A stretch of DNA of 64,000 nt from Sedimentisphaerales bacterium (GTDB taxonomy: Bacteria > Planctomycetota > Phycisphaerae > Sedimentisphaerales > Anaerobacaceae): positions 6,528,001 to 6,592,000 of the forward strand of contig OY970194.1 in assembly GCA_963708075.1 (NCBI GenBank), given 5' to 3'. Position 1 is the stretch's first letter, and each line of letters starts with the position of its first letter. A model generated the notes under the pieces. It ran no database searches and had not been told where the DNA came from. It saw nothing but the letters and a program-made list of their open reading frames with translations. Both the position numbers and the translations under genes were made by a program. Below are positions 31,951 through 42,278 of the stretch, one piece after another.

Positions 31951-32074
31951 CCGCCTCCCGGTGCAATGAGACCTCATGTCGGTACTCCCAATTGAAAGTA
32001 AACCACTACCGGGGAGTCTCACTTGCCCAGGTGTCCGATGTGGCTTGGCAGTACTGATATTTGCGTTTTTTCTG

Positions 32075-32103
32075 TTGCAGAGCCGGGCAAAGGGTGGTAT
32101 AAT
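32075..32103 (+). promoter_or_regulatory. sigma70-type promoter
   Basis: TTGCAG-17-TATAAT with extended TG. Confidence 0.55.
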
Positions 32104-32189
32104 ACTATCTTTTAGTATGTATTCGATCGTCGCCGCTTCACGAGATCGTGTGAAGGCGGATGGCTATAAAGGATCGGGGAGAAACGAAG

Positions 32190-32456
32190 ATGAAGACGTT
32201 GTGGGTCGCGCTGCTCGTGGTCTCGGTGGCTGCGGGCTGCGCCAGTACGGATCGCCAAGGGTTAATTTCCGCAGGATATAGTCCGCAATACGCAGACGGG
32301 TACGTGGACGGCTACTCTGCCGGATGTCATTCCGTGGGTCACCCGTTCTGTCAGTTCGTCCGAGACGTCACGCGTTTCGAGCAGGACCACCAGTATAAGA
32401 GGGGTTGGGAGGACGGCTTCTCCATCGGCAGGACGGACTACGCTGCCGTGTGGTAG
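32190..32456 (+). CDS. Small lipoprotein
   Basis: MKTLWVALLVVSVAAG-C lipobox; YADGYVDG..YKRGWEDGF. Confidence 0.75.
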   Translation: MKTLWVALLVVSVAAGCASTDRQGLISAGYSPQYADGYVDGYSAGCHSVGHPFCQFVRDVTRFEQDHQYKRGWEDGFSIGRTDYAAVW

Positions 32457-32629
32457 TCCGGCCCGCGAGTCGTGAATGCCGCGACGGCATTCGCCGTCGT
32501 GTCTCGCTGCCCGCGAGCGTGGTATGCAGCCGTGCCTGGCCACAGCACCACGCATGTGTCTATTGTCTTCCTCCGCGAACCGGATCCTCCCAGTCGCATA
32601 GAACCTGCCTACACCCGGTATCCCTGCTT

Positions 32630-33991
32630 TCAGAAAACGATGGTGTATGACTGCGGGTCGTACGTCAGCACTCGCAGCAGATCGAATCCCGCGGGAATCT
32701 CGACCATCTGCGCGCGATCGAAGTTCATCGAGATGTTGCCCTCTACACGGGTCGCGTTGGGCGAGTAGCTGATCAGTGTTCCTTTGACCACGGCACTGGC
32801 ATTGCCCGAGAAGTACAGGCTGCTGGCCGCCAGGACGCCATTGACGGAGGAGAAGTTGCCCGTAAAGGACGCCCCAAAGCCCGGCGCCAGGATCGAGGAG
32901 CCCTGCTCCTGCCGGATCGCGTCGAATTGCGAACCGATCGGGTATCCCCCGGAGGCGAAGTTGCCCTCGAAACTGAGCAGGTTTGAGCCCGGGTTCGACG
33001 CATCTCCATTGGCCACGATGATTCCCTGGAGGCTGACGTTGCGGGTGAATCGCACGACGTTGGGCGCCTGGATGAACAGGATGCCCTGAATCGTGACGTT
33101 GCCGAGGAAGGTGGGGTTCGTGCCCGCCTGGATGGAGGCATTGGCCAGCGTCATGCTGCTGCTCAGATCGGTGGTCAGGCCGACCACGGGGCCGGTCGCG
33201 TACGTCTGAAACGGCGCGGTCAGTGGGACCGGGAATTCGACCGGGTCAGCCCCGATGGTGACGTGATTGTCGATGGCCTGCTGCCCGGTTTCGCCGGCGA
33301 TCTTGACATCGCCTCCGAAGCTGACGGTGCCGAGCGGGTTGCCGATATCGATGTCGCCGTCGAAGTTGGTATTGCCTCCGACGGTGACGGCCAGGATGTC
33401 GTTGGCGCTCTCCACGTAGATATCCGCCTCCCAGTTCTCGGCCGCTCCCGTGAGCGTGGGGTTCTGGGGGAATTGCAGTGCGCCCTTGGTGGCCATGCCG
33501 TAGTTGAAGATCGGGAACTTGTACGGCTTGACGTGGAAACTCACGCGGAGGGTCCGGGCCGAACTGTGGCTGGTGCCGATGATGAGAAGCCGCAGCAGGG
33601 TGGGATCCGTGGAATCGACGGAGATCTGGCCCGAAAAACTCTGCCCCGCGAGTGCATGGACCACGACGGTCGGGATCGATCCGTCACCGTTGATATGGAG
33701 GTTCTCGATGCCGTTGGCCGCCAGCTCCGTCTGCAGGCGTGAAATCGCCGTACTGAGATAGTCTGCCACGGGTGTTGAGCTCGGCATTCGGACCCGGTCC
33801 ACCCAATATCGTACTACTTCCAAGCCGGATTCGGCACTGGCGAACGCCGCGTTCGCCTCTCGCTGGTTGTCGGACATCTGGAGATTGGCCCCGGACATCG
33901 TGGCCATGCCGACCGCCAGTGCTGTGAAGACCACCAGGAAAATCGTGCAGGTGATCAGCGCACTACCCTTGCGAAACGCACGGGACCGCAT
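32630..33991 (-). CDS. PilX-like N-terminal domain protein, tandem copy 2
   Basis: RKGSALITCTIFLVVF..AFASAESGLE; RBS GGAGGGG. Confidence 0.8.
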   Translation of the reverse strand: MRSRAFRKGSALITCTIFLVVFTALAVGMATMSGANLQMSDNQREANAAFASAESGLEVVRYWVDRVRMPSSTPVADYLSTAISRLQTELAANGIENLHINGDGSIPTVVVHALAGQSFSGQISVDSTDPTLLRLLIIGTSHSSARTLRVSFHVKPYKFPIFNYGMATKGALQFPQNPTLTGAAENWEADIYVESANDILAVTVGGNTNFDGDIDIGNPLGTVSFGGDVKIAGETGQQAIDNHVTIGADPVEFPVPLTAPFQTYATGPVVGLTTDLSSSMTLANASIQAGTNPTFLGNVTIQGILFIQAPNVVRFTRNVSLQGIIVANGDASNPGSNLLSFEGNFASGGYPIGSQFDAIRQEQGSSILAPGFGASFTGNFSSVNGVLAASSLYFSGNASAVVKGTLISYSPNATRVEGNISMNFDRAQMVEIPAGFDLLRVLTYDPQSYTIVF

Positions 33992-34245
33992 AGTGTCCCC
34001 TCCAAGAATAGAATCGATGGTGTGCGGTACTGTATGTACTTCTAATCCTATGCCCCAATAAACCATAGAAAACAAAATTGGGCCTCCAAGCGGGGTATGG
34101 AAATCTGTGTGAATCGTTTGCTGCCGCAATGGGAGGAGGGTGTCTGCCCGAATTCGAGGGGCGGGCGTTTGTGGGAAAGACGATCAGCGCAACTCTGGCG
34201 GACGTGCGGTCGCGCAGAGCCTGTTTGCCCTCGACCTCGCTGCGT

Positions 34246-35610
34246 TCAAAAAACGATGGTGTAGGACGCCGGCACGTACATCAGTACTCGGAGCAGATCG
34301 AATCCCGCCGGAATCTCGACCATGGCGGAGCGGTCAAAGGTCATGTTGATATTGCCATTGACGACGGTCGGCGACTCCGAATAGTTGATCAGAGTACCGC
34401 TGACAACAGCGCTGGCGTTCTTATCGAAACGCAGACCGCTGGCCGCGATGACGCCGTTAATTGCGGAGAAGTTTTTCCAGAACGATACCGCAAAGCCCGG
34501 CGCGAGAATGCACGAGCCGACCTCGCTGCGCAGGCCGTCGAACTCCGCGCCCGCCGGATAGGGTCCGGAGGAGAAGTTGCTTGGGGTCTTGGGCGTCGTC
34601 GGGTCACCAAGGTTAATCTGGTTGGTGCCCGGGTTGTTCACATCTCCGTCCGCGACGATCATGCCCTCGAGGACCGTGTTCTTCGAGAACGTCACGATAT
34701 TGGGGGCCTCGATGTAAAGGATGCCCCGGATGTTGACGCTGTCGGCCGTGAAGGTAGGGTTCGTGCCGGCTTCGATTACAGCGTTGGTAAATGTCGACTG
34801 GCTGAGGTCGGTGTCCGAGTCGATGACAGGTCCCGTGGCGTACCGGCGGAAGCGTTGCACGTCGGGCACGGGGAACTCCGGGCGGTCTTCCTCTTCGAGC
34901 ATGTTGACCTCGCCGCCGAGGTCCAGGGTACCACCGGTACTGACGCCGGCCAGCGGGTTGCCGATGTCAATGTCGCCGGCGAAGGTGGCATTTCCGCCGA
35001 TATCGACCGCGATCAGACTGTTGGCGCTCTCGACGTAAACGTCCGCCTCCCAGCCCTGGGTGGCTGCCAGGAACCTGGGATTCCCCGGGAGCACGAGCGG
35101 ACCCTTGGTTGCCATGCCGTAGTTGAAGATCGGGAATCGGTACGGCTTGATGCGGAAATTCACGCGGAGGGTCCGGGCGGCCTCATGGCTGGCGCCAACG
35201 ATGAGAAGCCGCAGCAAGGCGGGATCCGTGGGATCGACGGTGAACTGGCCCGAAAAACTCTGGCCGGCGAGTGCGTGGACCACAACGGTCGGGATCGATC
35301 CGTCACCGTCGACACGAAAATGCTCGACGCCGTTGGCTGCCAGCTCAGTTTGCAGGTGTGAGATCGCCGTACTGAGATAATCTTCCACGGCTGTTGAGCT
35401 CGGTATTCGGATCCGGCCCACCCAATATCGTACTACTTCCAGGCCGGATTCGGCACTGGCGAACGCCGAGTTCGCCTCTCGCTGGTTGTCGGACATCTGA
35501 AGATTGGCCCCGGACATCGTGGCCATGCCGACAGCCAGGGCTGTGAAGACGATCAGAAAGATCATGCAGACGATCAGCGCACTGCCTTCGCGAAACGCAC
35601 GGGACTTCAT
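34246..35610 (-). CDS. PilX-like N-terminal domain protein, tandem copy 1
   Basis: REGSALIVCMIFLIVF..AFASAESGLE; RBS GGAGGGG. Confidence 0.8.
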   Translation of the reverse strand: MKSRAFREGSALIVCMIFLIVFTALAVGMATMSGANLQMSDNQREANSAFASAESGLEVVRYWVGRIRIPSSTAVEDYLSTAISHLQTELAANGVEHFRVDGDGSIPTVVVHALAGQSFSGQFTVDPTDPALLRLLIVGASHEAARTLRVNFRIKPYRFPIFNYGMATKGPLVLPGNPRFLAATQGWEADVYVESANSLIAVDIGGNATFAGDIDIGNPLAGVSTGGTLDLGGEVNMLEEEDRPEFPVPDVQRFRRYATGPVIDSDTDLSQSTFTNAVIEAGTNPTFTADSVNIRGILYIEAPNIVTFSKNTVLEGMIVADGDVNNPGTNQINLGDPTTPKTPSNFSSGPYPAGAEFDGLRSEVGSCILAPGFAVSFWKNFSAINGVIAASGLRFDKNASAVVSGTLINYSESPTVVNGNINMTFDRSAMVEIPAGFDLLRVLMYVPASYTIVF

Positions 35611-36215
35611 GGTGCCCCCTCCAAAAGGAAATTGATGGCGTGCGGTTCTGTATGTACTTCTAATGCCAGTATCCTGAATAAATGATAAAAAACAAAACAG
35701 GGCATCCAAACATGATTTGCGGACGATCCGCTGTCGCGCACAACCCCGCGCTTGCTCTGCCGCACTCTTGTCGTGGGCCCATCCGGCGCCGGAAAAGCGA
35801 ATCTGTGCGGATCGTTTGTCGCTGCGCGATATTATACGTATATTCTCAACGGAGCCTCACAGGCATGCCGTGAGGACGACAAATGGTTGTGAATCCGGCG
35901 AAGGCCGGACACAAGGATAGGTGACACGCGCTCTTCCGCCGCCTCAGGTGCGTGTCACTTTTTTTCTGCGCCGGTCCAGGTCGTGTCGGCAATCGTAGTC
36001 GTTATTACAGGTCCCTGAGGAAGGTGTCTGTGCGGATTTAGCGGGCGTTTGTAGGAGAGATGGTCGTACGGCATGGCGCACGTGCGGTCGTGCACGACGG
36101 TGGACCGCCATGGTGTAGCGGGAATCGGATCGTTCTCTTTGCCGCCGTCACGACCGCATGTGGTATAGTCAGTCACCGGCAGCGTGGCCTGTGGCCGGCG
36201 CTGTCGGTGCAACAG

Positions 36216-36548
36216 TTACAGGATCACCTCTCGCTCCTCTTGTGGCGGGGCGGGCTGCTCCTGGAACCGCTGCGAGGGTCGCTGCTGGAAGGGCTCCGAG
36301 GGCCGCTCTTGGAATGGCTGCGGGGGCCGCTCCTGGAACGGCTGCGAGGGTCGCTCCTGAAACGGTTCTGCCGGACGCGGGGATTCCTCCGGAGGATCAT
36401 ATGCTTCAAAGGGCGACCATCGGCTCCTCGCCTTATCGACGATCTCGATCAGCCGTTCGATCACAACCTCCGGCGTGTCGTCGAATGGATCGACGATGAA
36501 CCGCTTCAACTGCTCGTATAACTCATCCGATATCCTGAACGTCCTCAT
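36216..36548 (-). CDS. Small hypothetical protein with RHH-like N-terminus and 8-aa PFQERPSQ repeats
   Basis: MRTFRISDELYEQLK; about 5 tandem 24-bp units at ~36255-36370. Confidence 0.7.
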   Translation of the reverse strand: MRTFRISDELYEQLKRFIVDPFDDTPEVVIERLIEIVDKARSRWSPFEAYDPPEESPRPAEPFQERPSQPFQERPPQPFQERPSEPFQQRPSQRFQEQPAPPQEEREVIL

Positions 36549-36816
36549 GGATGTGCTCCAAAAACATGTTCCGTCGTTCTGTTGCCAAGGTGCTCAAACG
36601 TGCGCAAAGCACCCGATAAACAGTATGAAAGAATCCCCTGGACGCCAAAGTGTCCTGCGTCGCGTTCCAGGCGGGGCGCAGCCGGCGTTTGCGAATATGC
36701 CATGGCATTGACATACTTTATCAAGGGCCGGCTGCGCCCTCGTGGACGCCGGACCGTTTGACCCGGATGGAATTGAATCTCGAATGTAGAGCCAGGAACA
36801 AAGGGGAGAAAGAATC

Positions 36817-37224
36817 ATGTCTCACTCACAAGATGGGAAAAAGGGCCGCAGTACAAGAAGTCTCGCTCTGGTGCTGCTCGCCTGGGTCTTCATCGGCGGC
36901 CAGGCCTTGCTGGCGGCGGGAAACATCTACAACTACGCCAACACCAACGGTGACCCGAAAGCGAAAGCGGATACGGGGAATATGCCGTGGGAGCTCGCCG
37001 GGCAGGGGGCGCAGAAGATGCGTTTGATCGCCATGCAGGCCTGCCCGGATGTCGTCGGCGACGTCGCCATCTTCCTCGCGGTCGCTAACGCGCTGGGTCT
37101 GGTTGCACTGGTTTGCGGCCTGCTCGCGTGGTCGCGGTCAAACTATCGCAGCGGCAAGTTGACTATGGCGGTGGCCGTCGCGATCATCGTAGCCAACTCG
37201 ATCGTGAATCTGCCTTACGCGTAA
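36817..37224 (+). CDS. Hypothetical membrane protein
   Basis: RBS GGGGAG; three hydrophobic segments. Confidence 0.7.
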   Translation: MSHSQDGKKGRSTRSLALVLLAWVFIGGQALLAAGNIYNYANTNGDPKAKADTGNMPWELAGQGAQKMRLIAMQACPDVVGDVAIFLAVANALGLVALVCGLLAWSRSNYRSGKLTMAVAVAIIVANSIVNLPYA

Positions 37225-37598
37225 AATGATCGCGACGTTGGAGCAAGAACCTGCCGGTGCTGCGCGCTGTGCACGTTTCTTGATCCCTCGATAGCATATC
37301 CAAATCCGCGGTGGCAGCGGCAAGGACGAAGGCTTTGCCGATGGCGAAGAATCAAACCATCGGCGAGCCGGCACTTACCGCTGCCACTCGGGATCATATT
37401 CTTCCTGTCAACCCTGCGAGCAGCCTCGATCTCGCCTGATTACCCGAAAACCCCACGGGCAAACGGGTTTGTCCATGCCACGCATCGTGTTCCCCAGAAG
37501 GTCCCCACAGGCTCCACGGAACCAAACCGAGCCAAAATCTTAAGAAATCATGTAACGTTTCGCCGACATGGCGGACATATCAGTAGCGGAAAAGGGCA

Positions 37599-37627
37599 TT
37601 GCTATCGGCTCGATTTGCCTCTATAAT
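37599..37627 (+). promoter_or_regulatory. sigma70-type promoter
   Basis: TTGCTA-17-TATAAT. Confidence 0.5.
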
Positions 37628-37705
37628 GGGTACAAACGAGGGATCGTTGGCGGATTCGTGACACACACAGGGAAAGCAGGTGGGATTCTGGAAAGGGAGA
37701 GCATC

Positions 37706-38969
37706 ATGAAACTCAGATCGTGCCTTATCGTCGTGCCGTTTCTGTTGGCCGTGATTATTGCGGCGGTGCCGCCGGAGCCGGTGAAGTGGGCATCGCTGGG
37801 CGGCGACTACCAGCGGAGTGGGCGGAGCCCGGACCCCGGACCCACGGGAGGGTGCATCGAGTGGCAATTCGAGGCGGATGCCGCCATCGTGGGCAGCCTT
37901 ACGGTGGGCTCCGATGGGCGAGTCCATGTGCCCTGCCAAGACGGCAAGCTGTACGCGCTCGATGCGGGCGGCAGGGTTCTCGTGGGTCTTCGATGCCAAT
38001 ACGCCGCTGTGGAGCGCCGCGAGCATCGGCCCGGACGGCAGCCTGTACGTTGGCGGCGAGAACGGGACGCTGTACGCGATCGATCCAAATGGCACGTTGC
38101 GATGGACCTACGACACGAACGATCTCATTTACTCCTCGCCCGCGGTTGCATCGAACGGCGACGTCTACGTGGGGTCGCGCGACGGGACGCTCTACGCGTT
38201 GACGCCGGACGGCGCCGAGTTGTGGCGGTTCACGACGGACGGTCCCGGGAAACTGCCGGCCGGCTCGATTTTCGCCTCGCCCGCCATCGGGCAGGACGGC
38301 ACGGTATATATCGGGGGGATGTACGACCCGAATCTGTACGCTCTGAACCCGTCGGATGGGAGCGTCAAGTGGGCGTGCAGCTTCAAGCCGGCAAGCGGCG
38401 AGGACGGCGGCTGGTCCTTCGCCTCGCCCGTGGTCGGCCAGGACGGCACGATCTACCAGACACTGCTCTACGATAGCCATCTGTACGCTATCGAGCCGGA
38501 CACCGGTGCGATTCTCTGGGCCACCGACCTGCTCGATCTGACGGAGTTCGGCATATCGAGCAAGGACCTCGACCCTGACGCCGCCGGATGGTCCGAGCCG
38601 GTCCTTGGCTTGGATGGGATCATCTACGTCTGCCTGGATGACCCCTATCTGCGAGCGGTGGGTCCGGACGGCACGATTCTCTGGGTGAGCAAGCTTGGCG
38701 ACCTCGGCGGCTTCACGCTCACTGTGGACAAGAATGACCTGATTTACGCGGCCTGCGAGGACGGCAACATCTATGTGGCCGATCCGTTCGGCCAGGACGT
38801 GACCCGGTTCGAGCTCGGCGGCTGGCCCGCCTTCCCGGTCATCGCCGGCGAAGACCTCCTCATCGCGGCTGATTCCAAGGACTACTCCGCCTACGAGGCC
38901 GGCGGAAAGAATAAGGTCTGGGCCATCTCCTCCCTGTGCCCCGAAGGCTCCCAGCCGGTCTCCAAATGA
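37706..38969 (+). CDS. PQQ-like beta-propeller protein, BamB-like (split by +1 frameshift)
   Basis: Repeated SSPAV/ASPAI..DG.LYAL..G..W blades. The ORFs join on removing one T from GGTTCTC at 37975-37981. Confidence 0.85.
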
Positions 38970-39027
38970 GCATGAACTCCGGCACGTCGAGGGATAGTCG
39001 ATCACGGCATTTGGCAGAGGAATCGCA

Positions 39028-39879
39028 ATGCGAGAGGCTGCATTTGCGTTAATTTCGGTCATTCTCCTTCTGGCGAACCTTGCGGCAATAAGCACCTCCG
39101 GCCGCGAGCGGGCCAAGCGGGTCGTCTGTCTGGCCAATCTGCGCCAATTGACGTCCGCCTGGAGCCTCTACGCCGACCAGAACGATGGCAAGATCGTCAA
39201 TGGTTCGGGCGGGATGCACTATGTCGGATCGAGTAGTCAGACAGCAGATGGTTCCACGCCTGACATTGTTGAGCGGGCCTGGGTGGGCAGGGGCTGGAGC
39301 GCCAACTGGAGCAGCTCAAAAGTGGCCGATACCGGCGTCACTGAGGCACAAGAGGAGTTGTTTATCCAGGAAGGGGCCCTTTGGCCGCTGATTGGAGATC
39401 GTCGTCCCTACAAGTGCCCGCTGGGAAGGCCCTACGAGTGGCTCAACTACTCGATTGTGGACGCCATGAACGGCATGTACCGCATGGGCACGGCGTGGGG
39501 GGCCAACCATACGACTGCTGTGGGCACACGGGTGGGCGATACGGTTCTATGGATCAAAAACCGGGCTGAAATCATCAGTCCGGGTCCGTCACAGCGGATG
39601 GTCTTCATCGACGAAGGAGCCATGACGCCGGACAGCTTCGGCGTTAATTACACGTACGGTCCCTGGTGGGACGGCCCGCCGGCTCGTCATAACGACGGCA
39701 CAATCCTGTCCTGGGCGGATGGCCATGGGAGCTATCTCCAATGGACAGATCCCGAGACGATTGCATACGGCAGGTACTACATCGATCGCCATGGCCCCGG
39801 TTTCATGCCAAAGACTCCGGAAGGCATCAAGGACCTGGAGGACTTTCGCCGGGCCGTCTGGGGCAAGCTTGGGTATTGA
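39028..39879 (+). CDS. H-X9-DG prepilin-like protein, degenerate N-terminus
   Basis: RERAKRVVCLANLRQL..RHNDGTILSWADGH. Confidence 0.85.
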   Translation: MREAAFALISVILLLANLAAISTSGRERAKRVVCLANLRQLTSAWSLYADQNDGKIVNGSGGMHYVGSSSQTADGSTPDIVERAWVGRGWSANWSSSKVADTGVTEAQEELFIQEGALWPLIGDRRPYKCPLGRPYEWLNYSIVDAMNGMYRMGTAWGANHTTAVGTRVGDTVLWIKNRAEIISPGPSQRMVFIDEGAMTPDSFGVNYTYGPWWDGPPARHNDGTILSWADGHGSYLQWTDPETIAYGRYYIDRHGPGFMPKTPEGIKDLEDFRRAVWGKLGY

Positions 39880-39909
39880 CGATCCAACGAATAGGCTGAG
39901 GAATATTTT

Positions 39910-40782
39910 ATGAGTGCAGGATCGCAGCATTTGGGAAAGGGGGAATTGGGAGTCCTGATTTTGTGTGGGGCATTCGTACTCCTCACTGTCGGGGTTGTGG
40001 GAGAGGAGGGCCGGGAGCGGGCCAAGCGGGCCGTCTGCCTGGCCAACCTGCGCCAATTGACGTCGGCCTGGAGTCTGTACGCGGATCAGAACGATGGCAG
40101 GATTGTCAATGGCGACGCTGGGTCGTGGCGCAGACAGAATAGCACGATGCCGGATGGCTCCAAGGTCACTCTCGTGGAGCAACCCTGGGTGGGCATGACC
40201 TGGCGCAATCCCTACAATACACCCTACGTGCCGAACACGGGCCCCACGGATGCGGAAAAGAGGCGTGGAATCGAAGAAGGCGCTTTGTGGCCGCTGGTGG
40301 GTAGTACACGTGTCTACAAGTGCCCCGTCGGCAGGCCGTATGATTGGGTCCACTATGCGATTGTGGATGCCATGAACGGCATGTACCGAACCGGCACGGC
40401 GACGGGTGGTTTCTTGGCTGGTGTGGGCGTGCGCGTGGATAGAACGACGCTCTGGATCAAGAAGATGAGCGAGATCGACTTGCCCACCCCGGCCGAGCGG
40501 ATGGTGTTCATTGATCAGGGGGCGACGATGCCTAGCAGCTTCGCCGTGCATTACACGAAAGGGTCCTGGTGGGACGACCCGCCGGCTCGTCATAACGATG
40601 GCGCAACCGTGTCCTGGGCGGACGGCCACGGCAGCTATCTCCGGTGGAAGGCGGCGGAGACGATCGCGTACGGCAGGAAGTACCAGGACTACAGCGGCAT
40701 CGGCCTTACGCCACAGACTCCGGAAGGGATTAGAGACCTGCAGGATCTTCAGCGTGCCGTCTGGGGGCGGCTTGGATACTGA
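39910..40782 (+). CDS. H-X9-DG prepilin-like protein, degenerate N-terminus
   Basis: RERAKRAVCLANLRQL..RHNDGATVSWADGH. Confidence 0.85.
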   Translation: MSAGSQHLGKGELGVLILCGAFVLLTVGVVGEEGRERAKRAVCLANLRQLTSAWSLYADQNDGRIVNGDAGSWRRQNSTMPDGSKVTLVEQPWVGMTWRNPYNTPYVPNTGPTDAEKRRGIEEGALWPLVGSTRVYKCPVGRPYDWVHYAIVDAMNGMYRTGTATGGFLAGVGVRVDRTTLWIKKMSEIDLPTPAERMVFIDQGATMPSSFAVHYTKGSWWDDPPARHNDGATVSWADGHGSYLRWKAAETIAYGRKYQDYSGIGLTPQTPEGIRDLQDLQRAVWGRLGY

Positions 40783-40816
40783 CAATCTGATGAAGCGGTG
40801 AGTTGAGGAGAGACTC

Positions 40817-41656
40817 ATGAAGGCGAGAGCGGAGTACCTGGGAAAGTGGGAGTTGGGAGTCCTGATTTTGTGCGGGGCGTTCGTGCTTGTTACCATTGGC
40901 GCCGTCGGCGAGAGCGGCCGCGGGCGGGCGAAAGAGGCGGTTTGCCAGGCGAACCTGCACCAGTGGGGGAGGTACTTTCAGGACTACATCGAACAAAATG
41001 ACGGCAAGTTCTTCTCCGGCTGCAATGACCAGGGCTACTGGTGGCCTCTGCAGTTGCCGCAGGAATTGCAGGACTGGAGGAAGAACCGTACGTGGTTCTG
41101 CCCAGTGGCTACGAGGCCGGTCTTTGATGGACCCGGCGCGCCGGTGTCGCTGCGGAAGGACTCCGCTTGGGGTATTTACGACAGCCCAACGCATTACACG
41201 TACAAGGGCAAGACGTACACCATGAACCCCAACGGCCTCGCAGGCAGCTTTGGCCTGAATGGTTACTTGTTGGATATTCCTGACCGGAGTCAGTACGAAG
41301 GGGCAATGCCTGCGGCATACGGTTGGCGGGACCTTCCTCATGTGGCGAATGCGGATACTGTGCCGATGTCTCTGGACGCCTTGCGTTTCGACCTGTGGCC
41401 GAACCATGTGGATGCGCCGGCGTCGAGTGAAATGGGGCAGTTGGCAGGCGCTCGCATGACTCAGTGCTGTGTCAATCGCCATGACGGAGCGGTGAATTGC
41501 CTGTTTGTGGATGGGTCGGTTCGCAAAGTGGGTCTGAAAGAGCTTTGGACGTTGAAATGGCATCGAACGTTTCATACGACCGGGATGTGGACCAAGGCGG
41601 GTGGTGTGCTGCCCTACGACTGGCCGCCATGGATGAGGCCATTCAAGGAGTACTGA
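40817..41656 (+). CDS. H-X9-DG prepilin-like protein, degenerate N-terminus
   Basis: RAKEAVCQANLHQW..RHDGAVNCLFVDGSV. Confidence 0.85.
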   Translation: MKARAEYLGKWELGVLILCGAFVLVTIGAVGESGRGRAKEAVCQANLHQWGRYFQDYIEQNDGKFFSGCNDQGYWWPLQLPQELQDWRKNRTWFCPVATRPVFDGPGAPVSLRKDSAWGIYDSPTHYTYKGKTYTMNPNGLAGSFGLNGYLLDIPDRSQYEGAMPAAYGWRDLPHVANADTVPMSLDALRFDLWPNHVDAPASSEMGQLAGARMTQCCVNRHDGAVNCLFVDGSVRKVGLKELWTLKWHRTFHTTGMWTKAGGVLPYDWPPWMRPFKEY

Positions 41657-41679
41657 GTCGTTCGTTGCCCGCGGGCCTC

Positions 41680-41862
41680 TTAGAGGAGGTCTTCCAGGAG
41701 CCTGTCCACGACGACATCGAGCTTCTCGGCGATGTCATATCGCCCTTCGGCGAGCTGACGTTTGATGTCGAGGACTTTTTCCACCCGGAACGACGGCTCT
41801 TGTTCCGCCACCGCGGCCGCTGGACCCCGCTCATGATTGTCTGTGCACATCGTAGAATCCAT
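41680..41862 (-). CDS. flgM: Anti-sigma-28 factor FlgM-like protein
   Basis: RVEKVLDIKRQLAEGRY..KLDVVVDRLL resembles the FlgM C-terminal helices. Confidence 0.65.
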   Translation of the reverse strand: MDSTMCTDNHERGPAAAVAEQEPSFRVEKVLDIKRQLAEGRYDIAEKLDVVVDRLLEDLL

Positions 41863-42278
41863 TCGTTACCCACCCCATAGCACGGCAAACCAAACACATC
41901 GCCCATAGAATGGAATATGGGACCCGATGTGCCAATAGGCAAAAGACCCATTATTCGATCAGGGAAAACCTGAATCGGCCATCGGGGGATAGGCGGAGGA
42001 GGCCGAGTGTCCGTGCTGCCGGCCTACACGCGAGGGGTTTTGTACTGAGCCATTCTGCGTGGATTTCCTGATGGGGAATCGCCACATCTGTCTGAGTTTG
42101 CGCGCATCCGCCCGAGCCATCTGACGGGTGAATCCCCGGCATTCAGCAGGGCTGGATGTGGCGAATACCCATCGCACCAGAACACCGCCCGAATGTATCC
42201 TACTTCATGGAAGGGGAGCGTGCCGCTCAGCGTGGGCGGGCCGATCAAGGCAGGACAGACAGATAAGGAGATCACACG

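Noticed and set aside
2368..38969. Calling the five split genes true pseudogenes
   Set aside because: All five share one identical motif-linked lesion and show no other decay, which favours a systematic sequencing error.
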